Source of the DNA: an uncultured delta proteobacterium
Lineage (GTDB): Bacteria; Desulfobacterota; Binatia; Binatales; Binataceae
Reading direction: 5' to 3'
Length of the DNA stretch: 64,000 bases
Assembly (NCBI GenBank): GCA_963711565.1
Contig: CAVQEQ010000003.1
Coordinates: 1,184,001 to 1,248,000 of the forward strand
Every line of letters begins with the position of its first letter. Positions within the stretch are counted from its first letter, which is position 1. The position numbers were made by a program, and so were the translations under genes. This document shows, piece by piece, positions 44,104 through 52,922 of the stretch. The notes under the pieces were generated by a model, which was not told the origin of the DNA, searched no databases, and saw only the letters and a list, made by a program, of their open reading frames with translations.

Positions 44104-44305
44104 GAATGCCGCCGAGAAAGGAGAGCTTTACGCGCGCATCTTTCGCAAGGTTGGTGTGTTTCTCGGCAAGGGGGAAATTCCGCGCGCGCTCAAAGAGCTG
44201 AATGAGGGTATGAAAATCGCCGAACGCAGCGGCGATAGCAAGATGGCCGCGCGATTCGCGCAAGAAATTGCGAACGTCTCCAAGACCGCGGAACCCACGA
44301 AATAG
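44102..44305 (+). CDS. Small helical hypothetical protein
   Basis: MNAAEKGELYARIFRKVG...; host-like codon use; ATG overlaps the divergent methyltransferase start. Confidence 0.55.
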   Translation: MNAAEKGELYARIFRKVGVFLGKGEIPRALKELNEGMKIAERSGDSKMAARFAQEIANVSKTAEPTK

Positions 44306-44479
44306 CGGCCTTTTACGTCATATTTCGGCGCATCGCTTGACGCGTTCGAGTTCGTACTTACCTTGAAATTGTGGGACGCAAGGCGATTCGAGCGAAGGAC
44401 AGATAGAGCCTTCCTCGCGCCGAGCGCCCCGAGAATTAAAATTTCGCCGGACAATTACCGGCAGGAGGTTCTCTTTAAG

Positions 44480-44899
44480 ATGGAAGTGCGGATGAACGGC
44501 TTTACCCCGAATGACTCATTGCTTCGCCACTGGAACGTGCTGTGGAACGAACTCGAGCCAGCGCGCAAACAGGCGCCGGCAGCGGACGTGGTCGAGGATG
44601 CGGATGGCTATCATTTCTATTTCGAGATGGCCGGCATCAACAGCGAATCCGTCGATGTGCGCGTCGAGGACGACAGTCTGATCGTCGAGGCGGAGCGTAA
44701 ACGGCCCGAGTGGTCCAAGGACGCCGAAGTCCATCTGTCCGAGCGGGCGTACGGCACGATGCGGCGCGCATTCACGATGCCTGACGACGCGGGACACGAC
44801 GGAATCAAGGCGGCGTACAAGGACGGCGTGCTGCAAGTGACGGTGCCGAAGCGGCCCGAGAGCAAGCCGTTCAAGATCAAAGTCGAGTTCGAAAACTCA
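44480..44899 (+). CDS. Hsp20/alpha-crystallin small heat-shock protein (no stop; reads through into lemA)
   Basis: AGGAGG SD, ERAYGTMRRAF, AAYKDGVLQVTVPK; TCA at 44897 where a stop is expected. Confidence 0.85.
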
Positions 44900-45028
44900 G
44901 CCGGCGCGCTGGGCGCTTCGCTCCGCGGCCAGGAGAATTTTGGCTCGGGCGCCGGCGGTCTGAACTGCCGGCGCCGTGAGCGCAGCCGACGAAGCCACCT
45001 CGCACCGATCTCTCACGGGGGAGTGCAA

Positions 45029-45589
45029 ATGGTATTTCTGATTATCATAGTGGCTATCGTCGGGTGGGTAATCTTTGCCTATAACCGATTAGTCAGTCTG
45101 CGCAACCAGGTAGATAATTCGTGGCGGCAGATCGACGTACAGTTGAAACGCCGGCATGACTTGATTCCGAATCTCGTCGAAGCCGTTAAAGGCTACATGC
45201 AGTTCGAGCGCGACACTCTCACCCAGGTCGTCGAGGCACGCGCCAAGGCGGTCAGCGCGCCGGACCAGGCCTCGCGCATGGCGGCGGAGACTCAGATCAC
45301 CACCGGGTTGGGGAAACTGCTGGCCGTGATTGAGAACTATCCGCAGTTGAAGGCCGACGAGAACGTGCTCAAGCTGCAGGAAGAGCTGACGACGACGGAA
45401 AATCAAATCGCATTCGCGCGACAGGCATATAATGACGTCGTGCTCGATCTGAACACGCGCATCCAGACCTTCCCGACCAATCTCATCGCCGGCAATTTCG
45501 GTTTCAAGCCCGCGGAATATTTCAAAGGTGCTCCGGAAGAGCAGGCTGTCCCCAAGGTTGATCTTTCAATGACCGCGCCCCGCGCCTGA
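45029..45589 (+). CDS. lemA: LemA family protein
   Basis: YNRLVSLRNQV, IDVQLKRRHDLIPNLVE, ENYPQLKA, ARQAYND; own GGGAG SD. Confidence 0.93.
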   Translation: MVFLIIIVAIVGWVIFAYNRLVSLRNQVDNSWRQIDVQLKRRHDLIPNLVEAVKGYMQFERDTLTQVVEARAKAVSAPDQASRMAAETQITTGLGKLLAVIENYPQLKADENVLKLQEELTTTENQIAFARQAYNDVVLDLNTRIQTFPTNLIAGNFGFKPAEYFKGAPEEQAVPKVDLSMTAPRA

Positions 45590-45614
45590 TCATTCGCACA
45601 GGCGGATATGCGCG

Positions 45615-46613
45615 ATGGCTCTAAGTAACTTCAGAGGTCTCGAAGCGACCAATCGCCGCGAGACCGTGCTGCTGGTCGTCGTGTTCATGCTGCTGTTCGG
45701 AGCGCTTGGACTCGGACTCGACATTGCCGCGAACGACATCGCGATCGTCAACGGACAGTTCGTCGGCTTCCCGGTACTGACCATCGCCGCGCTGGTTTTC
45801 GCCGGCGTGCAATCGATCGTGTCGTACTACAGCGGCGCATCTCTCGTGCTGCTCTCGGTTCACGCGCGCGAGCTCACGCCCGACACGCCCAAGCATCAGA
45901 CGGTGCTCGATGTTATCAACGAGATGGCGACGGCGGCGCGGATGCCGGTGCCCAAGCCGTACATCATCGACGATCCGTCGCCGAATGCGTTCGCGACCGG
46001 ACGCGACCCGGCTCATTCGGTGATTTGCGTCACGCAGGGACTCGTCGATCAGATGGATCGGGAGGAATTGCAGGGCGTGATCGGACACGAGATGTCGCAC
46101 GTCGCCGACTACGACATCCGCACGATGATGATGATCGCGGTGATGGTCGGTGGCGTCGCGATGCTCTCTGATTTCGTTTACCGCTGGATGTTTTGGGGTG
46201 GTTTCGGCGGACGCGGCCGAAGCGGCAGCCGCGACAACCAGGGGGCGGCGTTGATCATGGTTGCGGTGATCGTACTGGCTGCGCTCGCGCCGATCTTCTC
46301 GCAACTGCTCGCGATGGCGGTATCGAGGCAGCGCGAATATCTTGCCGACGCATCGTCGGTCGAGTTCACGCGCAACCCGCGAGCGCTCCTGCGTGCGCTG
46401 GAGCGCATCGCCCAAATCGAATCGCCGCTGAAAGCAGGCACCGCTGGCACAGGCCACCTATTCGTCGTCAATCCGCGCGAAGGCATCCGCGATGACAGCG
46501 AAGGATTCTTTGCCAACCTGTTTTCGACGCATCCTCCACTGAGCAAGCGCATCGCGCGACTGCAAGCGTTGCTCGGCGCGGCAGGGACGAACGCGGTGGC
46601 GGAAGGAACCTAA
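45615..46613 (+). CDS. htpX: HtpX family M48 zinc metalloprotease
   Basis: PNAFATG, HEMSH, SRQREYLADA, FSTHPP. Confidence 0.92.
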   Translation: MALSNFRGLEATNRRETVLLVVVFMLLFGALGLGLDIAANDIAIVNGQFVGFPVLTIAALVFAGVQSIVSYYSGASLVLLSVHARELTPDTPKHQTVLDVINEMATAARMPVPKPYIIDDPSPNAFATGRDPAHSVICVTQGLVDQMDREELQGVIGHEMSHVADYDIRTMMMIAVMVGGVAMLSDFVYRWMFWGGFGGRGRSGSRDNQGAALIMVAVIVLAALAPIFSQLLAMAVSRQREYLADASSVEFTRNPRALLRALERIAQIESPLKAGTAGTGHLFVVNPREGIRDDSEGFFANLFSTHPPLSKRIARLQALLGAAGTNAVAEGT

Positions 46614-46660
46614 CCAACCACGACATTGCTCGCCCTCGCTGACCGACCTAAGCTCAACGA

Positions 46661-47521
46661 ATGCCCACCGAGCCCGAAATCGAGCAGATACTGAGCCAGA
46701 TCGCTACACGCGTATCAGAAATCGAAGGCGTCCAGGCAATCGTGCTTGGCGGCTCACGAGCGCGCGGAACTGCTGACGAACGATCGGATATCGATCTCGG
46801 AATTTATTACGACGGCAAGCATCCATTCTCGACGACAGCTCTGGGAGCGGCTGCGAAGGAACTGGATGATCGTCATTCAGGCGGATTGCTTACTTCTTTC
46901 GGCGAATGGGGACCCGCAGTTAACGGAGGCGGATGGCTCGAGATTCAAGGCAATCACGTCGATTTTCTCTACCGCGAGATTGGCGCGGTGCGCGAGGCGA
47001 TCGAGGACTGCATCGCCGGCCGTCCGCGCAGCATCTACCAGCTCGGCCATCCGCTGGGATTTCATATCCAGATTTACGCGGGCGAAGTTCACGTCTGCCG
47101 CCCACTCTTCGATCCCGCCGGTACGGTCGCACGACTCAAGTCTCTGGTCAGTGAGTATCCTGAAAAATTCCGGACCGCCGCCGTAACCAAGCATCTGTTC
47201 GATGCGGAATTCGAAATTATGATTGCCGCGAAGCCCGCTGAGCGCGCGGACGTGATGTACGTCGCGGGATGCCTGTTTCGCGCAGCGGGTTTTATGACGC
47301 TGGTGCTGTACGCGCTCAACCGCAAGTTTTTTCTCAACGAGAAAGGCGCGCTCGCCGAGTCGAGCCGATTCGCGATTAAGCCGGCGCGCTTTCACGACAC
47401 CGTAGCAAGCGTACTGGGAAGAGTTGGCACCACACCGGCGCAGCTATCGGCAAGCGTCGCCAGCTTCCAGAGCCTTGTTGCGGAGTTGCGCAAACTCGCA
47501 ACCAGCCAAGGCGTTCTCTAG
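46661..47521 (+). CDS. Nucleotidyltransferase-domain protein (DUF4037-like)
   Basis: LGGSRARG...SDIDLGIYY, WGPAVNGGGWL, VDFLYR, FLNEKG. Confidence 0.8.
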   Translation: MPTEPEIEQILSQIATRVSEIEGVQAIVLGGSRARGTADERSDIDLGIYYDGKHPFSTTALGAAAKELDDRHSGGLLTSFGEWGPAVNGGGWLEIQGNHVDFLYREIGAVREAIEDCIAGRPRSIYQLGHPLGFHIQIYAGEVHVCRPLFDPAGTVARLKSLVSEYPEKFRTAAVTKHLFDAEFEIMIAAKPAERADVMYVAGCLFRAAGFMTLVLYALNRKFFLNEKGALAESSRFAIKPARFHDTVASVLGRVGTTPAQLSASVASFQSLVAELRKLATSQGVL

Positions 47522-48015
47522 CGGTTCCGTCCTTTAAGCGCGCGCTCGATCTCGCGATCCGACGCCCGACGTGCCAGCACGTCGCGCTTGTCGTACGAGT
47601 GCTTGCCCTTGGCGAGCCCCAGCTCAACTTTAGCGCGGCCGTTCTTGAAATAAATCTTCAGCGGGACGATCGAGTAACCCTTCTCGCGCACGCGACCGAA
47701 CAGCTTATCGATCTCGTGCCGATGCATCAGCAGTTTTCGCGCGCGAGTTTCCTTGTGGCTGAACTGGCCCGCCGGAGCATAGGCGCCGATATGGACGCTC
47801 TCCAGAAACGCCTCGCCGTTCTTGATGCGGGCGTAACTGTCGCGCAGGTTTGCGCGATGCGCCCGCAGCGACTTGACCTCGGTGCCGGTGAGCGCGAGGC
47901 CGGCCTTGAGAGTCTCCTCGATAAAGAAGTCATGCCGCGCCTTGCGGTTATCGACGACGAGATCGAATCCGTCAGCGGTGGGCTTGCCGTTGCGAGTATG
48001 AGAATCGCGCGCCAT
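47518..48015 (-). CDS. smpB: SsrA-binding protein
   Basis: NRKARHDF, GTEVKSLR, RKLLMHRHE, GKHSYDKR. Confidence 0.97.
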   Translation of the reverse strand: MARDSHTRNGKPTADGFDLVVDNRKARHDFFIEETLKAGLALTGTEVKSLRAHRANLRDSYARIKNGEAFLESVHIGAYAPAGQFSHKETRARKLLMHRHEIDKLFGRVREKGYSIVPLKIYFKNGRAKVELGLAKGKHSYDKRDVLARRASDREIERALKGRNR

Positions 48016-48149
48016 ATCAGCGTGAGTTTATCCGCCCCGGCCGACGTAGATAAGGGCTCAGCCCTTGTTGCGAACGCCGCTGCTGAGCCTTAGATTGGAT
48101 GGTGTAACCGTTTCGACTTCACTGGCCTCGATGGAAAACCCACTATCGT

Positions 48150-48507
48150 GGGGGCGAACTGGATTCGACGAAGACAACATGGCCATGGTCGCACGCCGGG
48201 TGCTGTCAACCCGTAAAACTGGCAGACTGCGAAATTTACCCGCAGACAATAACGGTTACGCTCTGGCGGCCTAAGGGCCGCTAGCGTCCCGCCGTTGCTC
48301 GCCCATGGCAGCGGGTCGGGGCGTCATTTAGTGGGCTAGGGAACCGCAGTTCACCGGCTGGGCGGCTTACCGAAACTTCAGTCGGCTGGCGCCAGGAAAG
48401 CCCGTCTGTGGGCGCTCCGGACGCGAGCTAAAATTCGCAGACTAAGCGTGTAGTGGCCGTCGCCGGAAGGCCTTCGGACGGGGGTTCAATTCCCCCCGCC
48501 TCCACCA
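48150..48507 (+). ncRNA. ssrA: tmRNA, tag peptide (A)ADNNGYALAA
   Basis: 5' GGGGGCGAACTGGATTCGAC; 3' GACGGGGGTTCAATTCCCCCCGCCTCCACCA; tag ORF 48242-48274; adjacent to smpB. Confidence 0.97.
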
Positions 48508-48609
48508 AATTAAACTCCAACCAAACCCAAGTAAGCGCAAGAGGCTAGCTAGACAGGCTCCTTTGTCCTTTGGAGCATCTAACGTCGTCCAACCAAGTGC
48601 GTTGACAGA

Positions 48610-48663
48610 TACCCCCAAGCGGGGGTAATTATCGGGGTACCTTCAAAAGCTCACGGGGGTAAC
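48610..48663. promoter_or_regulatory. Putative integrase arm-type binding sites near attL
   Basis: Repeated GGGGTA motifs (TACCCCC..GGGGGTAA, CGGGGTAC, GGGGGTAAC); the same motifs recur at 56006-56027 near attR. Confidence 0.65.
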
Positions 48664-48667
48664 TGCG

Positions 48668-49879
48668 ATGCTCTCCGACACTGCCATACGCCAAGCGAAA
48701 CCTGCCCTCAAACCGCGCAAGCTCTTCGACGCGGGCGGCCTGTACCTGCTCATCGCGCCGACCGGGGGCAAGTGGTGGCGGCTCAAGTACAGGTTTGGAG
48801 GAAAGGAACGCCTGCTCGCGCTTGGAACCTATCCCGATGTTGGACTCAAGCAAGCGCGGGAAAAGCGCGACGCGGCGCGCAAGCTGGTCGCAGACGGCAT
48901 CGACCCGAGTGCGCAGCGTAAGGCGGCCAAGGCGGCGCTGGTACAGCGCACAGACGGCAATTTTGAAGCCGTCGCGCGGGAGTGGTTCGAGAAATTTTCC
49001 GCCGGATGGGCGCCGACGCACGCCGTGACGATCATCCGGCGTTTGGAGCGCGACGTTTTCCCGTGGTTGGGGACACGCCCAGCCAGTGAGATCGCCGCTC
49101 CTGATTTGCTGACGGTGCTGCGCCGGGTGGAAGCGCGCGGCGCGCTTGAAACCGCCCATCGCATTCATCAGGTCTGCGGACAGGTCTTTCGTTACGCAGT
49201 TGCAACGGGCAGAGCACAGCGCGATCCTTCGGCGGACTTGCGCGGCGCGCTGCCGCCCGTTCGGGAAAAGCATCACGCGGCGCTCACTGAGCCGAAGCAG
49301 GTCGGGGCACTGCTACGGGCGATCAATGAATATCAGGGGTCATTCGTTACGCGATGCGCGCTGCGCCTCGCCCCGCTGGTTTTCGTCCGGCCCGGAGAAT
49401 TGCGCAAAGCCGAATGGAGCGAATTTGATCTGGACGCGGCAACATGGCGCATTCCGGCGGCGCGGATGAAGATGCGGTCGGAGCATGTTGTTCCGCTCTC
49501 GCGGCAGGCGGTTGAGATTCTCCGCGAGCTTAAGCCGTTCACGGGAGTGTGGCGCTTTGTCTTTCCGGGCGCCCGGACGGCTGGCCGGCCGATGAGCGAG
49601 AATGCCATCACGGCGGCGCTCCGGAGGATGGACTATAGCCGCAACGAAATGACCGGGCATGGATTCCGTTCGACGGCATCGACCCTGCTCAACGAATTGG
49701 GATGGTCCGCCGACGCGATCGAGCGCCAGCTTGCACACGCAGAGCGCGACGGTGTGCGCGATGCCTACAATCGGGCGGAGTACCTGGCCGAGCGCCAGCG
49801 CATGATGCAGGCGTGGGCCGACTACCTCGATAGTCTGGTGGCCGGTGGTGTTGTTATTCCCTTTCGGGCAATCGCCTAA
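48668..49879 (+). CDS. P4/CP4-57-type tyrosine integrase
   Basis: Arm-binding N-terminus (DAGGLYL, WRLKYR, LGTYP); RPGELR, HGFR, QLAH, AYNRAEY. Confidence 0.96.
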   Translation: MLSDTAIRQAKPALKPRKLFDAGGLYLLIAPTGGKWWRLKYRFGGKERLLALGTYPDVGLKQAREKRDAARKLVADGIDPSAQRKAAKAALVQRTDGNFEAVAREWFEKFSAGWAPTHAVTIIRRLERDVFPWLGTRPASEIAAPDLLTVLRRVEARGALETAHRIHQVCGQVFRYAVATGRAQRDPSADLRGALPPVREKHHAALTEPKQVGALLRAINEYQGSFVTRCALRLAPLVFVRPGELRKAEWSEFDLDAATWRIPAARMKMRSEHVVPLSRQAVEILRELKPFTGVWRFVFPGARTAGRPMSENAITAALRRMDYSRNEMTGHGFRSTASTLLNELGWSADAIERQLAHAERDGVRDAYNRAEYLAERQRMMQAWADYLDSLVAGGVVIPFRAIA

Positions 49880-49944
49880 AGTGCAATGGGATATGAGATC
49901 GTCTAGCAAGGGTTGACAAGTTGTGACGCGGGCGCATAAAAGTT

Positions 49945-50188
49945 TTCAAGCACTGGGGCCGGGTGCAAGATCGACGTGGCCCTACTCGGTAACTTTCCGA
50001 GGTAAATAAAAAAGGACGGGCAGCTTAGACCGAATCTGCACTAAGCGTGACGCGGGCACCGACACCGCGGGCCTGAAGCCATTTTTGGTGAGGGCCAACC
50101 GCTCAAACCTCCGCGACGGGCTATGGTCGGAGGGGACGTTCTTTAACCGTTCGGGTTTTTCCCGAAAACAAGGTTAGAGGTGCCCCCG
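49945..50188 (+). ncRNA. Candidate structured leader RNA between int and alpA
   Basis: TTGACA at 49913 followed by successive hairpins; the last stem (50141-50179) overlaps the alpA SD. Confidence 0.4.
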
Positions 50189-50443
50189 ATGTCCTCGCAA
50201 GTTATTTCTTGAGATCATCAATTCCAGCAAATTGACCCGCAAAGTTTGCTCCGACTCCGCCAAGTCCTGAAACTCATTCCCGTCGCGCCCTCGTCCTGGT
50301 GGTTGGGCGTCCGCTCTGGGCGTTACCCAACACCGGTGAAACTAGGACCACGCACGACAGCGTGGCGGGCGTCCGACATCCTGAAACTGATCGATTCTCT
50401 CTCGCAGGGCGGTCCCGCTCTGCCGCCGGGGCGATCGTTATGA
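50189..50443 (+). pseudogene. alpA: AlpA family regulator/excisionase with in-frame TGA at codon 8
   Basis: GAGGTG SD, ATG 50189, TGA 50210-50212, then LLRLRQVL...SGRYPTPVKLGPRTTAWR in the same frame. Confidence 0.75.
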
Positions 50444-52308
50444 GCGCCGAGCAGATCGCTCGCGCACTTGGCAACGCCCGCCGCGTGGGCGACGACTGGA
50501 TCGCACGCTGCCCGCTTGCGGTCGAGCACGCCCACGGCGACGAGCATCCGAGCCTGAGCATCTCGGAGTGCGGCGGGAAGATTCTGGTTCACTGTCAGAG
50601 CCGTCATCCGGGCGAGCAATCGCGCGTGATCGATGCGCTCAAAACGCGGGGCTTGTGGCCAGCCGATGGTGCCGCAGCGCGGGTAGTCCCGCGAATCGTC
50701 GCAACTTACCCCTACCGCGACGAGAGCGGCAACGTGCTTTTCGAGGTCGTCCGGTACGCGCCTAAAGATTTCCGTCAGCGGCGGCCGGATGGGAAAGGCG
50801 GCTGGATATGGAACCTCGGCAGCACGCGGCGCGTTCCGTACCGCCTGCCGGAACTGTTCGCGGCTGACAAGGGCGAGCACGTTTTCATAGTGGAAGGCGA
50901 GAAGGACTCCGAGGCGCTGGCGGCACTCGGCCTTGTCGCCACTACCAACCCCGGCGGCGCGGGAAAGTGGCGAGGCGAACACAACGAGCCCCTACGCGGG
51001 CGGCACGTCACGATTTTGCCCGACAACGATAAACCCGGCGAGGATCACGCCCGATTGATCGCGGCGTCACTGGCTGGCGTGGCGACGAACGTGCGAATCG
51101 TGCGCCTTCCGGGCTTGCCCGAAAAAGGCGATGTGAGCGATTGGCTTGCGGCCGGCGGCACGTGCGATGCGCTGCTTGAACTTGTAGGGCGAACCCCCGT
51201 GGTCACGGCGACCGAGATGGCGGATTCTGTCAACTCTCCTTCGTTCGGGTTTTGCACCGTTCACGAGTACCTGAGCGAACGCGCGGCGATAGCTGAACGA
51301 AAATCATTCTGGGCGGAAACTCTGCGCGCCGGTGAAATTTCTATGCTGGCTGGGAGGGCGATGGCAGGAAAGTCCACGTTCGCCTGTGCGTTGACCCGCG
51401 CGCTGCATCTTGGGGTTCCGTTGCTTGGGCGGAATTGCGTAAAGGCGAAGCCCGGCTACATGGCGCTGGAGCGCAACGGCATCAAGGTTGCCAAATTGTT
51501 AGAGGCGTGGGGGCTGGGCGACGCCGTTTATTTTCTCGATCAACTCCCGCCGATGCCACCGGCTGGACTGGCAGCCTTCATCAAGGCGGAGATTCTCCGC
51601 CACGGCCTCGAGGTTGTGGTCGTCGATCATCTTCAGAACCTTGCGAAGATTAGGGACTCGAAAGACTACTCTCTGGTTTCGCTCGCGCTCGAACCATTCC
51701 AGAAGGTTGCGAAAGAGACTGAGGCGCATATTTTACTACTCCACCATCAGGGTAAGACCGAGCGCGAAGGCGTAATCGATGTAATGGGAAGCGAAGCGTA
51801 CCGGGCCGCCGTCGATGCGTTGCTCGAAGCCAGGGCGCGGAAACCGGAATACTTTATCCGGGGCGAGATTCGCGACGAGGCGGACCTACCTCGGACTAAA
51901 GTAACGATCAACCTCAGAACGGGCGACGCCGAGAGCATCGACGCGCATCAGTCCGAAATGGACGCCGTGCAGGACAGGATTAAGGGCTGGCTCCAAACTC
52001 AGCATGACCTTGCCACCTTGGACGAGATCCAAGTGGCGCTCAAATTGAAGCGCGAGACGATTAGCTCTGCGCTGGCGGCCGGAGCTGAGGGCGGAACCTT
52101 TGAGCGATCGGGTGCTGGCAAGCGGGGCGATCCCAACCGGTTCCAGCTTTCTGGATTCAGTTCCCAACACAGTATGGGAACAACGGGAACCGAATCTGAA
52201 AATCCCTCCAAACTCGCGCCAGATATGGATTTATTCAGTTCCCGCCCTTCCGGGAACACAAAAGCCAACCGGGAACCGAATCCCGGCGCGTTCGAGGACG
52301 TGGAATGA
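50440..52308 (+). CDS. Primase-helicase (Zn-binding + TOPRIM + RecA-like AAA_25/RepA helicase)
   Basis: CP..H..D..PSLS...HC, VEGEKD, LPDND, KGDVSDW, GRAMAGKS, VVVDHL, LLHH; ATGA-coupled to alpA. Confidence 0.88.
   Translation: MSAEQIARALGNARRVGDDWIARCPLAVEHAHGDEHPSLSISECGGKILVHCQSRHPGEQSRVIDALKTRGLWPADGAAARVVPRIVATYPYRDESGNVLFEVVRYAPKDFRQRRPDGKGGWIWNLGSTRRVPYRLPELFAADKGEHVFIVEGEKDSEALAALGLVATTNPGGAGKWRGEHNEPLRGRHVTILPDNDKPGEDHARLIAASLAGVATNVRIVRLPGLPEKGDVSDWLAAGGTCDALLELVGRTPVVTATEMADSVNSPSFGFCTVHEYLSERAAIAERKSFWAETLRAGEISMLAGRAMAGKSTFACALTRALHLGVPLLGRNCVKAKPGYMALERNGIKVAKLLEAWGLGDAVYFLDQLPPMPPAGLAAFIKAEILRHGLEVVVVDHLQNLAKIRDSKDYSLVSLALEPFQKVAKETEAHILLLHHQGKTEREGVIDVMGSEAYRAAVDALLEARARKPEYFIRGEIRDEADLPRTKVTINLRTGDAESIDAHQSEMDAVQDRIKGWLQTQHDLATLDEIQVALKLKRETISSALAAGAEGGTFERSGAGKRGDPNRFQLSGFSSQHSMGTTGTESENPSKLAPDMDLFSSRPSGNTKANREPNPGAFEDVE
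52154..52282. repeat. Iteron-like GGGAAC(C/T)GAAT repeats (putative replication origin)
   Basis: Reverse copies 52154-52165 and 52232-52243; forward copies 52185-52196 and 52271-52282; half-sites 52176 and 52252. Confidence 0.75.
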
Positions 52309-52775
52309 CTGTTCAAGAAATCCTGTGCCAAGTGCGCGAGCGTGGCGTGGCACTGACCGTGATAGACGGCAGGTTGAAGGCTTCCCCGCCCGGCTTACTA
52401 TCGCCGGACCTGAAAACCGCAATCCACGAGTGGGCGGCCGAAATAAAAGCCCTGCTTCCGAATGTGCAAGAGCGCAACCGCTGGCCTGATCGCACGCGTG
52501 CGCCGATGCCGTTGCCGCGATGCGGCGCATTGGTATGCCGGACCTGCCACGTTCACAGTCCGAGTTCGCACCACGACGATTGCGCCATCCCGCGATTCGA
52601 TCCTTGTGGCTCGCGATGGTGGTGGTTATCGCCGCATGGTGCGATCAAGTGTTGCGCCTGTAATCCGCCTATGGACCTGAGCCTCGCCGAGGCTTGGGTG
52701 CTGGCGCGCGAGCCTGACGGCAGCATCCCCGGCAAGATCCTGACGCTGTTGAACGCCAAAGCCACGCTTCAGTAG
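52305..52775 (+). CDS. Hypothetical satellite protein (TubC-N-like N-terminus, Cys-rich C-terminus)
   Basis: EILCQVRERGVALTVIDGRLK, CRTC, CCACNPP; ATGA-coupled to the primase. Confidence 0.65.
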   Translation: MTVQEILCQVRERGVALTVIDGRLKASPPGLLSPDLKTAIHEWAAEIKALLPNVQERNRWPDRTRAPMPLPRCGALVCRTCHVHSPSSHHDDCAIPRFDPCGSRWWWLSPHGAIKCCACNPPMDLSLAEAWVLAREPDGSIPGKILTLLNAKATLQ

Positions 52776-52922
52776 GCGATATGTGCAATCCGGTGACGAC
52801 GGTTGACAGTTGAAAGAAAGTCTCAGGGCTGAAAAAACTCTCTCGCAGCCGAGGCGGCGCACCTCGATGCTGGCAATAAAAGTAGGCAGAGCTTTGCCCG
52901 AATCTTGCGCCGACTAACGCCT

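Noticed and set aside
44306-44479. CIRCE or ROSE element upstream of hsp20
   Set aside because: No TTAGCACTC-N9-GAGTGCTAA and no convincing U(U/C)GCU anti-SD pairing.
48065-48274. 69-aa ORF ending ADNNGYALAA
   Set aside because: It is the tmRNA tag frame extended upstream, not a protein gene.
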